This document shows positions 10,175 to 20,115 of a DNA stretch of 64,000 bases, piece after piece. Every line of letters starts with the position of its first letter. The stretch's first letter is position 1. The stretch covers positions 160,001 through 224,000 of the forward strand of contig JAVLKG010000008.1 in NCBI GenBank assembly GCA_032128875.1. Reading direction: 5' to 3'. Source of the stretch: Candidatus Melainabacteria bacterium 17Bon1m. Lineage in GTDB: Bacteria > Cyanobacteriota > Vampirovibrionia > Obscuribacterales > Obscuribacteraceae. A program made the translations under genes and the position numbers. Below the pieces are notes generated by a model that did not search any database, was not told the origin of the DNA, and saw only the letters and a program-made list of their open reading frames with translations.

Positions 10175-11647
10175 TCAAACACCCAAATTTGCGGCGAATT
10201 TTTGCACAGTTTCGTGGATGTTTTCTTCAGGCAAATGTGCAAAACCCATCAAATACTCGCCCAAGCGCGAGTTGACCACATAGTGATGCGAAGTACTCAC
10301 GAGCGAAACTTGCGCCTCGCGAGCAGCCGCCAACACTTTGTCTTCCGGAAATTCGTCTCCGAACCGCACCAAAAGATGCATCCCAGCTGTCACTGGTGAA
10401 ATATAAATCCGTTTGCCGAATTGTTTTGTAACGGCTTGCACGAGAGCTGCCCGGCGTTTTGCATAAAACACACGAGTACGCTTGATGTGCCTTTCTAAAT
10501 GACCTTCGTCAATAAAATCGGCAAGCGCTCTTTGTTCCAACAGTGGAAAATCGCGCTCAATTAGCGCTTTTGCACGACCAACCAAACGCACCATACGGCG
10601 CGGCAAAACAACAAAACCAATGCGAACAACTGGATAGAGCACCTTCCAAAAGGTGGACAAATAAATCGTGCAGTCGTTCTCGTCAAGCCCTTGCAGAGAC
10701 GGCATCGGCTTATCGCCATATCTATATTCCGAGTCGTAATCGTCTTCTACAATAAATGCATCTGTACGCCCAGCCCATTCGAGAAGCGCGATTCGGCGCG
10801 GCAAAGAAAGCACGACACCAGTTGGATCGTGGTGAGAAGGCGTTACGTAAGCTAGCTTTACGCGTTGATTCAGGGACTGAAGATGCTCAACAATCATGCC
10901 CTGTCCGTCAACAGGAATAGGGATTACCTCTGCACCGTGAGTAATCATGCTGCGCCGCGCGCCAGGGAATCCGGGATTTTCCAAAGCAACCGCATCGCCG
11001 TGGTCAATCAGCAAACGCCCAATTAGATCAAGCGCTCCCTGCGCTCCTGAAAAAATGGCGACGCGATCAGGCGTGCAATTCACCGATCGAGAACGAATTA
11101 GGTAATTGCAAATGGCCTCACGCAAAGGCATATAACCGAAAGGATCGCTATGATAAGCGAGCATGTTTCCGTCTTGAAACCGCGTCGCTCTGTAGAGCAT
11201 TTCCTTCCAGCGAGTTAGCGGTAATTGATCAATTGTCGGCGCCCCGTAATTCAGCTCGGCAAACAGCTCTACATGAGCGTCTTCAATCTCCTCGCAAGTC
11301 ATCACTCTTTCACCGTAAACAGAAAGCGCAGCGGTAGGCAAAACAGATTCGACGGGTTCGCGCTGCTGCTCTTTGTTTTTCACATCATCGAGATGTCCGG
11401 GAATTTCTTTGTTGACAAAAGTTCCACTGCCGGACGTCGTTTGAATATAACCTTGCGCCGACAGCTCTTCATAGCTGCGTATCACTGTAAAGCGAGAAAC
11501 ATTCATAGAATCAGCAAGATCACGCGTTGATGGAAGTTTTTCACCAGGCTTTAAACGACCAGCCAGAATGGCTAATTTCAATGCCTCTGAAACTTGCTTG
11601 TAGACCGGCTGCCGACTGTCTTGCGTGAGTGTAAGAACGAAATCCAT
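10175..11647 (-). CDS. MocR/GabR family regulator (GntR wHTH plus PLP aminotransferase-like domain)
   Basis: KLPSTRDLA..M.VSR.TV..SYE.L.AQGY; YVTPSHH.PTG; IVEDDYDSEYRY. Confidence 0.93.
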   Translation of the reverse strand: MDFVLTLTQDSRQPVYKQVSEALKLAILAGRLKPGEKLPSTRDLADSMNVSRFTVIRSYEELSAQGYIQTTSGSGTFVNKEIPGHLDDVKNKEQQREPVESVLPTAALSVYGERVMTCEEIEDAHVELFAELNYGAPTIDQLPLTRWKEMLYRATRFQDGNMLAYHSDPFGYMPLREAICNYLIRSRSVNCTPDRVAIFSGAQGALDLIGRLLIDHGDAVALENPGFPGARRSMITHGAEVIPIPVDGQGMIVEHLQSLNQRVKLAYVTPSHHDPTGVVLSLPRRIALLEWAGRTDAFIVEDDYDSEYRYGDKPMPSLQGLDENDCTIYLSTFWKVLYPVVRIGFVVLPRRMVRLVGRAKALIERDFPLLEQRALADFIDEGHLERHIKRTRVFYAKRRAALVQAVTKQFGKRIYISPVTAGMHLLVRFGDEFPEDKVLAAAREAQVSLVSTSHHYVVNSRLGEYLMGFAHLPEENIHETVQKFAANLGV

Positions 11648-11918
11648 TAACGCCCCTGGAGTCGCTGCGAAACATTAGGGTATCGTTCCCGACCGACACC
11701 TTTCTCTCACATACCCATGAAATGGGTTCACGAACTCCAAAAGACGACAAATAAAAGGCAACTTCTGAACCAAAGTCTAACTACTGCACTTGCCGGTGGT
11801 GTAAGAACCGGACGAATCGCCTCCTTATACTATGCTATATCATACAAGCAGGACCAAGAAAGAAGGCTCCGAAAAGTCCGCAACGCGAACCAAGTCGAAA
11901 CCTCCTTCCCATCACGTT

Positions 11919-11977
11919 CTTGCAGTCACTTGCTTGCAATCACTTGCTTGCAATCACTTGCTTGCGATCACTTGCTC
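11919..11977. repeat. Short tandem repeat, 14-bp unit CTTGCAATCACTTG, about 4 copies
   Basis: Directly visible imperfect tandem array. Confidence 0.85.
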
Positions 11978-11995
11978 GTGACCACCAGCTCGCGA

Positions 11996-12409
11996 TTACT
12001 TGCGCCGGAAAACCGGCATGACCGGATTCGGCTTCGCCGAGCCCGTGCCGTATGCCAGAAGCCAGATGAGGCAGGTATTCACCGCCGCATACGGAATGGC
12101 TCCGACAAAGCCGAGCATGACGAGATTCGGCCAGAACATTCCGAAAAGGCCCAGGGTGATGGTTCCGGCTGCGATGCCGAAAACGGTATGCAGCATGATG
12201 CCCGGGGTTTCGATGCCCAGAGGCAAACAGACTGCAATGGTGACAACGGCGAGGGCGGCGAACGCGGCGACGGACAGGACGACCGCAAGGCCGACCGTGC
12301 CAATCACCGTCGCGACGCCGAATGCGCCCAGATCCAGCAAACCGCTGGCTACCACGAGCACAAATGCGGCCGCCACCACGATGGACAGCGGCCGAAGGAT
12401 GTTGAACAT
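11996..12409 (-). CDS. Small multi-TM membrane protein
   Basis: GGAGG RBS, about 4 hydrophobic segments. Confidence 0.7.
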   Translation of the reverse strand: MFNILRPLSIVVAAAFVLVVASGLLDLGAFGVATVIGTVGLAVVLSVAAFAALAVVTIAVCLPLGIETPGIMLHTVFGIAAGTITLGLFGMFWPNLVMLGFVGAIPYAAVNTCLIWLLAYGTGSAKPNPVMPVFRRK

Positions 12410-12434
12410 TGCCTTTCCTCCCTTTCGAGGATTT

Positions 12435-13187
12435 CTACTTCGAACCTTTCGGGTTCGAAGGTTTGCGCGTTGAGCGCTGGCGCTTCGAAACTTTTCGCTT
12501 CGTGCGCCGTTGCTCAGCGAGCGGAGCACCCGGAGTAGAAGACGCTGCCGAAGCGGCCGGAAGAACTTCCGAAGTCGCCTCAACAGTCGCATTGACGTGA
12601 GCCTCTTGCCTCACCGCCCGCAACTTCTGCACCTCCGAGCGCCAGTAGCGCTTCTCTACGGTGCGGAAATTGGGCTTGTCAGACAGGTGCTCCAGGTAAT
12701 CGGCCAGGAGCAAAAGCTCGTCGTCATCCAACTCTCCGTTGAACTCTCTGACGTACACCGCGTTGCCGTAGTTACGCTGAGCATTGAGCTCGAGATCGTC
12801 GGCTATCAGCACGCGACGCAGGTCAAAGCCTCTCTTGCGGACCTTCTTCAGGTCCTTGATGTAATACGCCTCATGCCTGTCGTGGTCGAACCGGCGAGTG
12901 GTGCGCACGCCTGAAAAGACGAACACCGGCTGCCTGTGACCTTCGAAGATCACTTCCACGACTCGATTGACGTACAGCGTTCCGGCTGCAGACCAAACGG
13001 CGAGGTCGTATAGCTTCCACATCCGCGCGAGAAACTCGTCGAGGTGTGGCCGCTTGTACACGACGTAATCGCTGGTCGTGAAGTCGGGTGAACGACCGGG
13101 GAATGCCTTGGCAGGCTCCTCGGCATGCACCAGCGTCTCGTCCAAATCAAGGACGAGCAGCGGCCTTTGTGCTTGAGTTTCGCTCAT
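12435..13187 (-). CDS. NIF/FCP1 (SCP-like) HAD phosphatase
   Basis: LLVLDLDETLVH, VYKRPHLDEFL, VWSA, YIKDL, IADD, NYGNA motifs. Confidence 0.9.
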   Translation of the reverse strand: MSETQAQRPLLVLDLDETLVHAEEPAKAFPGRSPDFTTSDYVVYKRPHLDEFLARMWKLYDLAVWSAAGTLYVNRVVEVIFEGHRQPVFVFSGVRTTRRFDHDRHEAYYIKDLKKVRKRGFDLRRVLIADDLELNAQRNYGNAVYVREFNGELDDDELLLLADYLEHLSDKPNFRTVEKRYWRSEVQKLRAVRQEAHVNATVEATSEVLPAASAASSTPGAPLAEQRRTKRKVSKRQRSTRKPSNPKGSK

Positions 13188-13303
13188 AGCACACCTCCAT
13201 TTGGCTAGCCACGCAGGAGCGCTCCGACTAACGAGAGCGCCATCCTGCGCGACGAAGGGAATCCGCGTGAGCAGACCCCCTTCGTCTGGTTGAGAACTTG
13301 GTG

Positions 13304-13531
13304 TTACTCGGCTTTGGGCGTGGTTTCGCCCTCGACCTTTTCCACCTCACAGTAGCGGTAGATGTCCTCTTCGCTGAGGAACACCTGTTTGCCGTTAAGC
13401 CGGCACATATCGCCGTGATCGTATTCCTTCTCGACGACCATGCGGTCGCCCTTCTTCACGTCGATATGGAAGCTCTTGCGAGCCGACTCGGGCAGAAAGT
13501 CGCGCTTTGCGACGTAAGTCTTTGGTGCCAT
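13304..13531 (-). CDS. Small hypothetical protein (possibly SH3-like)
   Basis: GGAG RBS; YVAKRDF...IDVKKGDRM resembles an SH3 beta pattern. Confidence 0.6.
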   Translation of the reverse strand: MAPKTYVAKRDFLPESARKSFHIDVKKGDRMVVEKEYDHGDMCRLNGKQVFLSEEDIYRYCEVEKVEGETTPKAE

Positions 13532-13581
13532 GCATTACTCCAACGACCCAGCGGGTCTCAAGAGTTGGCAGAAATAACTGA

Positions 13582-14127
13582 TTACTTCACGCTTTTGAGC
13601 CGACCGCGTTTTGCAGTCGAGCCTTTGGGCGGGAAGCGGCCGTTGTTCACCACCAACCTGGCATGCTTCGGACGATCCCGATGAATGACAGGCGGATAGT
13701 TTTCAAAGCGTTTACCTGCCGCCGAACCGAGGCTGCCCAGAGCACCTTCCTGCATTTCATGCAGATCGCTTTTCTGAGACCACGGAATGACGGTACGGTC
13801 GCGGCGATGTACGTCGCCCCAAGTGGCGCCGTCGGAGACACGCGGGCGGTAAAGCCCAAACGGACCTTCGACCAGACCACCATAGTTGCTCTGCTCGACC
13901 GGATAAGCACGCCCTTCACGAAGTGCGAACAATCCGACCAAACCAAGCATGATTGCTACCCATGGATGACTCATAGCCAGCCACACGCAGCCACCAATGA
14001 CAGGCAATGAAGCGAGCAAGACACGCAGCCGAGTCGACAGCCAGCGTCTTGCCAAAATCTTCTTGCCCAGAAAGGCACCGACAAAGGGAGCGGCGCACAG
14101 TATCAGCAGTTGAACGACGATGTTCAT
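13582..14127 (-). CDS. Hypothetical membrane protein
   Basis: GGAGG RBS, three N-terminal TM segments. Confidence 0.65.
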   Translation of the reverse strand: MNIVVQLLILCAAPFVGAFLGKKILARRWLSTRLRVLLASLPVIGGCVWLAMSHPWVAIMLGLVGLFALREGRAYPVEQSNYGGLVEGPFGLYRPRVSDGATWGDVHRRDRTVIPWSQKSDLHEMQEGALGSLGSAAGKRFENYPPVIHRDRPKHARLVVNNGRFPPKGSTAKRGRLKSVK

Positions 14128-14417
14128 GATGCAGCCCTCCTGCTGAGAGCACATTTACTCGCTATCCAAACGCCATCCCAACGATTACCCGTATCCGATC
14201 CCACAGCAAAAAGCTGCCGAATTAAACACACACAAGGTGGGGAGAGCTAACTTGGGGCGGAAGTTTGGGGTTTGCAGGACGAAGAGGTAATTACGCGGAA
14301 TACACTGATCTTGTATCAAGAACCCTTCCTGGAATACATCCCAAGAAATGTTACGAAGGTGCTTTTACAGTGGTAAACAAGAAAAAGTGATTCTGAGATC
14401 CTGATAAGGAGCGCTCT

Positions 14418-15374
14418 TTACACTTCTCGCATCCCTTCTTTGTCGACACTCAAGTCCAGGAGCGCAGGCATTATTGGCTGGGCCTCTGCCCACACTCGAA
14501 GCTCGTGCAAGACCTCGTCTTTGTATCGTTGATTGACCAGGGTCAAAACTGCACAACCGCCACCAGATAAGACGCAACCCATAATCGGAAAACTGGACAA
14601 CACCTTTCTGAGCGTCGCCAACTCCGGCACAAGCTGCTCGCGATAAGGCTCATGCAGCCGGTCTACTAAGACCGATCTCATCAAAGCTTCGTCGTTTTTC
14701 GCCACAGCAGCCACAATCAAAGCAGTACGTTGAATGTTGGCCACAGCATCTTCGTACCTGACCATTTTGGGCAAAACTTTGCGCGAATCGTTTGTCTTAA
14801 GCGTGTATCTGGGCACGACGACAAGGATTTTCCACTTGTCCGGCCAGTCGAGCTGTTCACTCACAATCGTCTCGTCATCCAGGCCTTTGCCGCAGACAAT
14901 CATGTTTCCCATAAGACTTGCCGCGACATTTTCCGGATAACCTTCCATGCGCATGCCGACAGTAAGAATGTCTTTGCGGGTCGGAACCAAACCACGCAAG
15001 AAGTACGAAGCCCAAACGGCCCCGGCAATTGCCGCTCCGGACGAGCCCAGCCCGCACCCCAGAGGAATGTCGGAAGTCACCGAAATGCGAACCCGGCTGA
15101 GCAGCTCAGGGTCGGACTGCCATAGCCCCTGCAGCATGCGGTAGCTGAGCAATCCCTGGTTTTCCTTGTCGCTTACAGCAGCAATCGCTCCATGCAAGGT
15201 GACAATCGGCTGAGTGACCTCGGGTCTGTCATAGACTTCAAAACGCACGGTGGAGTACATGTTCAACGCCAGCGCTAGCGCATCGAATCCGGGTCCCAGG
15301 TTGCTTGTGCTGGCGGGAATCTGCAGCGTGAGGCTGCTTATCACTTGTGCTTGTTCGCTTGGCGTCACTGACAT
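14418..15374 (-). CDS. thrB: Homoserine kinase family GHMP kinase (divergent active site)
   Basis: IPASTSNLGPGFDALALAL, IPLGCGLGSSGAA, DRLHEPYR; HPDN motif replaced by YPEN. Confidence 0.85.
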   Translation of the reverse strand: MSVTPSEQAQVISSLTLQIPASTSNLGPGFDALALALNMYSTVRFEVYDRPEVTQPIVTLHGAIAAVSDKENQGLLSYRMLQGLWQSDPELLSRVRISVTSDIPLGCGLGSSGAAIAGAVWASYFLRGLVPTRKDILTVGMRMEGYPENVAASLMGNMIVCGKGLDDETIVSEQLDWPDKWKILVVVPRYTLKTNDSRKVLPKMVRYEDAVANIQRTALIVAAVAKNDEALMRSVLVDRLHEPYREQLVPELATLRKVLSSFPIMGCVLSGGGCAVLTLVNQRYKDEVLHELRVWAEAQPIMPALLDLSVDKEGMREV

Positions 15375-15443
15375 GGAAATTTCTTACGGGTGCCTTCTGC
15401 CAAATTATCGCAGCTTTATTTCTCTACCGGTAAGGCGCAAGGG

Positions 15444-15570
15444 TGGAAGTTTATCCGCCTCTACTATGGAGTTTACCCGCCTCTGCTATGGAGTTTACCC
15501 GCCCCTGCTATGGAAGTTCACCCGCCCCCGCCATGGAAGTTCACCCGCCCCTGCTATGGAAGTTCACCCG
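15444..15570. repeat. Tandem repeat, 22-23 bp unit TGGA(A)GTTYACCCGCCYCTGCTA, about 5.5 copies, no spacers
   Basis: Directly visible upstream of thrB. Confidence 0.9.
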
Positions 15571-16038
15571 TCGCGACCGCGAAAGTTAGCGCAGCCTCGA
15601 AAGGGCGCTTGACTTTGGCTTTGGCGGCACAGCGCGAGCGTTGTGCGGTCTTGGTTCTCAAAAAACCGGTTTCTCAACAAAATTTCCAGTGAAAACACCC
15701 GCATAAACGCCATATAAACTAAATACACCTCTTCAGTTCTCTTTTTTCAAGTTTCAACTTCCCCCCTGCAACGCTAGTTTCCCCAATCGTTCAACACTTC
15801 CCAACGCGCAGATGCGCAGTCTGGTGCTGTCCGCTTGGGAAACTTGAATGCAAAGAAACTGATGAGTGGTCACAACAGCACGCATTAACGGTTTTGCATC
15901 GACCTCGACCGCTCCGGTGATGCAAAACCATCCGGCACCGACAGTGGTGCCCAACAACGGCCAAAACTTGCAAAAGCTCATGGCCACACTAGGCTGGCAG
16001 TCACTCATGCACTGACAGCCGGACAAAGGCAAAACATC

Positions 16039-16521
16039 ATGGACGGAAAGAAGCTCTTCATCTACGGTCTCTTCGGACTCTTCGGCGCAGTCATCCTGTC
16101 GATTCTCTCGGCAGTGGGCGGAGCATTCGGCGCCGGCACCTCCCTGCTGGTTTCCGCGCTCATCGGCAACGTACTCATCGCGTCGCTCATCGGCGGTGCT
16201 GTCGCGGCGCTCGCTTTCCACTCGGTCATCCTGGGAGCCGACAAGCTCTTCAAGAAGGCTGCCGATAAGGAAGGAACGGCCAACGGCGGACTGAAGCCGC
16301 CTTCGCTCGCGTCGGACAAGCGCTACCTCTGGGGCTCGGCGTCTTACTTCGTGACCACGGTCATCGGCGTCAACCTCTGCCATGCCCTCATCTCAAGCCC
16401 TGCGTGGTTCGTCGTCGCGACGATTTTCGCAACCGGTCTGCTCGGAGTGCTGGGTCTGGGTGCGGTGGTCAGCCTCAAGCTCTGGAACCCCAACCTGAAG
16501 AAGCAGAACGACGCGCGCTGA
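16039..16521 (+). CDS. Hypothetical membrane protein
   Basis: About 4 TM segments, strong C/G3 codon bias. Confidence 0.75.
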   Translation: MDGKKLFIYGLFGLFGAVILSILSAVGGAFGAGTSLLVSALIGNVLIASLIGGAVAALAFHSVILGADKLFKKAADKEGTANGGLKPPSLASDKRYLWGSASYFVTTVIGVNLCHALISSPAWFVVATIFATGLLGVLGLGAVVSLKLWNPNLKKQNDAR

Positions 16522-16561
16522 GCCCAGCGACCGCAACCGCTTTCCATTGAATAAAAGGTCA

Positions 16562-16850
16562 CGGGGGCGTCGATAAACGACAGGCAGATGCCGTTTTTCT
16601 ATTCCCCCGCTTGAAGGTGGTCGGGTCTGCCGGAGGGTCCAACCTCTGCATTCTCGGCCACCTTCCTATTTGGGTCCATTCATACTACGCGCTCTAGTAT
16701 CACCGTGCAGAGCGCGGAGGCGGTGAATTGGTGACTAGTAGAGAGTTCGAACCATACAGCGTGGGCTAAGAACGCTCAACACCATAAACGGCGCCATCCG
16801 AGGGGCACCGAATATGGTGTCAATTCGTGCGTCCGGCAGCAAGTCACCAG
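16562..16850. ncRNA. Candidate structured RNA(s) between convergent genes
   Basis: Several stems: CGGGGG/CCCCCG, GAAGGTGGTCGGG/CTCGGCCACCTTC, CGCGCTCT/AGAGCGCG, TGGTGACT/AGTCACCA; no family recognised. Confidence 0.3.
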
Positions 16851-17030
16851 GCAATTTGATTTGCGCAGGATGCAAGACATATGTGGATCGAAGGAGATCG
16901 TGAGTTCTAAACTACACTTGAATAAAAACAAAAACGTGACAAACGCAACACAGCGCTCGACCAAGCGTTATCAGTTTCACCTCAAAAATCAAAACGTGCG
17001 CAGGCGCCGTGAGCGCGTGCAGAAGTTGAC

Positions 17031-18212
17031 TCAAACAACAGCAGGAGCTGGAGCAGGGTTGCCCGCACCGGCACGCTTCGAGAATATTTTGAGGAGAATA
17101 TCGGCGGCTTTCTCGCACTCTTCCAGTGTGTTGTAGCGACCGGCGGTAATTCTTGCCGAGCCGATTACTTGCTCGTGCTTCATGCCCATGCAAGCAAGTA
17201 CGTGCGAAGGGTCTTTGCCTGCTTGCTTACAAGCCGAAACGGACGAGATGCAGACACCCTTCAAATCGGCTTCAACAACGAGCTGCTCACCGACCGTTCC
17301 TTCCACAATCAAACTGACGTGCCCAGGCAGACGAGATTCCATGCACGCACCCGAAAGCTTCACCGCCGGGTGTGCAGTCAGTTTTTCGATTAAAAGCCTT
17401 TGAACAGCTCTCAGATGCTCCGTATTCTGCTTCAACTCATTGTGAGCCAATTCTGCCGCTGCACCGATGGCAACGATGTTGGAGAGGCTCTCAGTGCCCG
17501 GAGAAATACCTTGTTCTTGACCGCCGCCGAAAAGAATCGGCGATACGTGCATGCCTTTGCGAACATAAAGTAGACCGATACCTTTCGGTGCGTAAAATTT
17601 GTGACCGGAAAGAGAAAGAGAAGAAACAGGAGTAGAGGCCATGTCGATCTTCAGCTTCCCTGGCACCTGAATCGCATCAGAGTGAAAAAAGATATTCCGC
17701 TCAGCGGCAATCTTTGCGATTTCTTCAACCGGCTGCACCGTGCCGACTTCATTGTTGGCCCACATCAAAGAGATGATGCTGGTTTCGTCCGTGATGATGC
17801 TCTTCAGCTCTTCCATGTCGACGACACCTTCGTCACTGACGTGCAAGTGGCTGACCTTCCAGCCTCTTTCCTTCAGGTGTTTCGCAGGTCCCAGGCTGGA
17901 ATTATGCTCGATGCAGGTAGTAATCAAATGGCGTCCGAGATTGTTAGACTCAACATACTGTGCGCGTCCCAGCAATGCCATGTTGTTGCTGAACGTGCCG
18001 CAAGGAGTGAAATAAACTTCCTCGGGTGTCGCGCCAATAAGCTGAGCAGCTTGCTCTCTGGCTTTGTTCATCGCTGTTCGCGATTGATATCCCAGGCGAT
18101 GCAACGACGACGGATTGCCCCATTTGTCGCAGAGGTAAGGCTGCATAGCCTCACACACCTCGTCACGAACCTTGGTTGTGGCGCTGTTATCCAGATAAAT
18201 GAAAGAGCCCAT
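17031..18212 (-). CDS. Cysteine desulfurase (IscS/NifS group I)
   Basis: IYLDNSATT, GNPSS.H..G, MWANNEVGT.QP, SGHKFYAPKG, catalytic SAC. Confidence 0.93.
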   Translation of the reverse strand: MGSFIYLDNSATTKVRDEVCEAMQPYLCDKWGNPSSLHRLGYQSRTAMNKAREQAAQLIGATPEEVYFTPCGTFSNNMALLGRAQYVESNNLGRHLITTCIEHNSSLGPAKHLKERGWKVSHLHVSDEGVVDMEELKSIITDETSIISLMWANNEVGTVQPVEEIAKIAAERNIFFHSDAIQVPGKLKIDMASTPVSSLSLSGHKFYAPKGIGLLYVRKGMHVSPILFGGGQEQGISPGTESLSNIVAIGAAAELAHNELKQNTEHLRAVQRLLIEKLTAHPAVKLSGACMESRLPGHVSLIVEGTVGEQLVVEADLKGVCISSVSACKQAGKDPSHVLACMGMKHEQVIGSARITAGRYNTLEECEKAADILLKIFSKRAGAGNPAPAPAVV

Positions 18213-18388
18213 GCTACACCTGTCTAAAGCAAACGACGGGGAATTGACGGTCGGCTTGTAAGCAGCGCATGTGAAACGCCAATGAACACAATCAAGCCGG
18301 GATTTGAGCAACTATGACGGGTGGATAGTAACACAAAGCCAAACCCCTACAAAGGCTAAGGGGTTTAGCTTAACGGGCTTAAACGAAA

Positions 18389-18991
18389 CTATTTGCTCGA
18401 ACAACTAGTGCTGAAGGTTCGAGGAAAATGAGCTGCTTCTGCGGTCTTCACACGTTTTGCCATGTAAATATCCGGCTTGCCAAAACCATTGGCATCCGGC
18501 AGCACACCAACAATTTCAAAACCCATTCGCTGGTAAAACTTGAATGGGTGTCCGCCGATATCTTCGATTTCTCTCGCCTTACCGAGGACATCAGGGTAGA
18601 GTTCGCACTCACCCAGATTGGTTCTGCCGTCTTCGTCGTCTGTTCCGAGCCAGATTGTGCGAGCGCCGAGTTTACCGACCTGCTCTTCAAAATCATCAAT
18701 TAGCGCCTTACCGACACCCTTTCCCTGCGTGTTTTTCTTGACCACCAGCGGATCTATTTCCCATACATTGCCCATGTACATGCGAATTCCGCCGACCCAG
18801 CCGAGCACTTCACCATCGTCTTCGACCGCAATCCGGCTCAACTGGTGGTCTTCGAAAGATTCCTCAACTTTCTTCATCGCATCCTTCATGTCCTCGTAGT
18901 CAGGACAATGCCCATGAAAACTAACGTTGAGTATCTCCGCCACCTGACGAATTTTGTCCGAATCGGACTTCTGCAAATCGATAATGCGCAC
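18389..18991 (-). CDS. GNAT acetyltransferase, AAC(6')-Ia/Ii-like aminoglycoside 6'-N-acetyltransferase family
   Basis: GWVGG..Y.GNVWE..PLVV, QGKGVG, WLGTDDE, HPF.FY..GF.IVG..PDANG.GKPDI.MAK. Confidence 0.85.
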   Translation of the reverse strand: MRIIDLQKSDSDKIRQVAEILNVSFHGHCPDYEDMKDAMKKVEESFEDHQLSRIAVEDDGEVLGWVGGIRMYMGNVWEIDPLVVKKNTQGKGVGKALIDDFEEQVGKLGARTIWLGTDDEDGRTNLGECELYPDVLGKAREIEDIGGHPFKFYQRMGFEIVGVLPDANGFGKPDIYMAKRVKTAEAAHFPRTFSTSCSSK

Positions 18992-19156
18992 TTCTCTAAG
19001 TCTCCTCCATGCGATTGCATTGCGGGTGCCGGGACGCCAGAACAAGGCAGCACCAGAACAAGGCAGCAATTGTATGACACTTTCCTTGCACGAGAAAGGA
19101 ACCTTTAGCAGTCACGCGTGTCTAACCAGCAGTTGCGTAAAACGAGGATGGAAATC

Positions 19157-19579
19157 ATGAAAACGAAGATAGCAATCTTAGGCGTCGTCGCGGCATTGAT
19201 GCCAAACCTTGTCGCCTATGCTGGTGAATCGATGGCAGGCAGCGCAGCCGCCACGCAAAACCAGAGCGCGAGCGGAAATCAGCAATCATCACAGGCGACC
19301 ACACAAACTTCTAGCGCGTCGTCTAGTTCGAGTTCGGGCTCGAGCGCTGCAACGACACGGTCTACCTCCAGCGCGACAACTTCTAATCCGAACGCTCGCG
19401 GACGCGTTGTTTCCCGTACACCGGCTCCTGTTGCTGCCGCTAGGCGCGGGGAAACGGAACCGAAACTCTATAGGGCAAGGGTTCGTACAGCGGCGAAAAC
19501 CTATTATCCAGGCTTCAAACGCTCTGGCTATACCAAAAAGACCAGCTCTACACATTGGCAAACAAAGACGTGGAACTAG
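19157..19579 (+). CDS. Secreted Ser/Thr/Ala-rich low-complexity protein with basic C-terminus
   Basis: Signal-peptide-like MKTKIAILGVVAALMPNLVAYA followed by an S/T/Q-rich tract. Confidence 0.65.
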   Translation: MKTKIAILGVVAALMPNLVAYAGESMAGSAAATQNQSASGNQQSSQATTQTSSASSSSSSGSSAATTRSTSSATTSNPNARGRVVSRTPAPVAAARRGETEPKLYRARVRTAAKTYYPGFKRSGYTKKTSSTHWQTKTWN

Positions 19580-19705
19580 ATACGAGCCACGCACCAACCA
19601 GAAATATTGCAATATCCAAAACCTGAGGCAAATCAAAAACCGCTCCACCCCAGGGGCGGTTTCTTCCCAGACCACTTACTATACTAATTCGTAACCAGCG
19701 CGCCC

Positions 19706-19753
19706 AAAAAAGCAAGCCGATGGTCTCGAATGCATTCGAAACCATCGACTGCT
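19706..19753 (-). terminator. Rho-independent terminator of the minus-strand orphan cluster
   Basis: CGATGGT-TCGAA/TTCGA-ACCATCG hairpin followed by a T-run on the minus strand. Confidence 0.6.
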
Positions 19754-19758
19754 GTTAG

Positions 19759-20115
19759 TCACTTGCCGTTAGCACTCGCAGACCCAGCTGCGCGGCGGGC
19801 AAGAGCAGAGTCGTCCTTCACGGTGGACTTGAAGAATTCCGTGCCGCTCTCGGCGATGTCGAGGACGACGCCGCTGCAGAAGCTCGCATAGAGCCCCAGC
19901 ACGTAGAGACAGGCGACCGCTCCGAAGTAGTGCGTGCCGACGGCGCAGCCGAGCAAGGTCAGCGCGAAGAGCGGGCTCGCCCAGCTCAGATTCTTGCGCA
20001 ACGCTCCGAAATCAGCAGAACTGCGAACGACCATTACGCCGACGCCCATCATGGACAGGCAGATGACGAAGTAGCCGAAGCCGACGAAATACTTAGCGAG
20101 TTCGTAGTCGTACAT
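19759..20115 (-). CDS. Hypothetical membrane protein
   Basis: 3 hydrophobic segments. Confidence 0.7.
   Translation of the reverse strand: MYDYELAKYFVGFGYFVICLSMMGVGVMVVRSSADFGALRKNLSWASPLFALTLLGCAVGTHYFGAVACLYVLGLYASFCSGVVLDIAESGTEFFKSTVKDDSALARRAAGSASANGK

Noticed and set aside
9735..10283. 182-aa ORF, and 11717..12538
   Set aside because: Overlap real genes on the opposite strand and have non-protein-like composition
15444..15570. Possible CRISPR array
   Set aside because: Repeats are contiguous with no unique spacers, and there are no cas genes in the window
16563..16590. tmRNA-like 5' end (GGGGGCG...CGAC)
   Set aside because: No matching 3' acceptor/T-arm or tag reading frame found downstream
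16728..16850. Possible tRNA on the minus strand (GGTTCGAA...CCA)
   Set aside because: T-stem does not pair, acceptor stem is mismatched, and length and arms do not fit a cloverleaf
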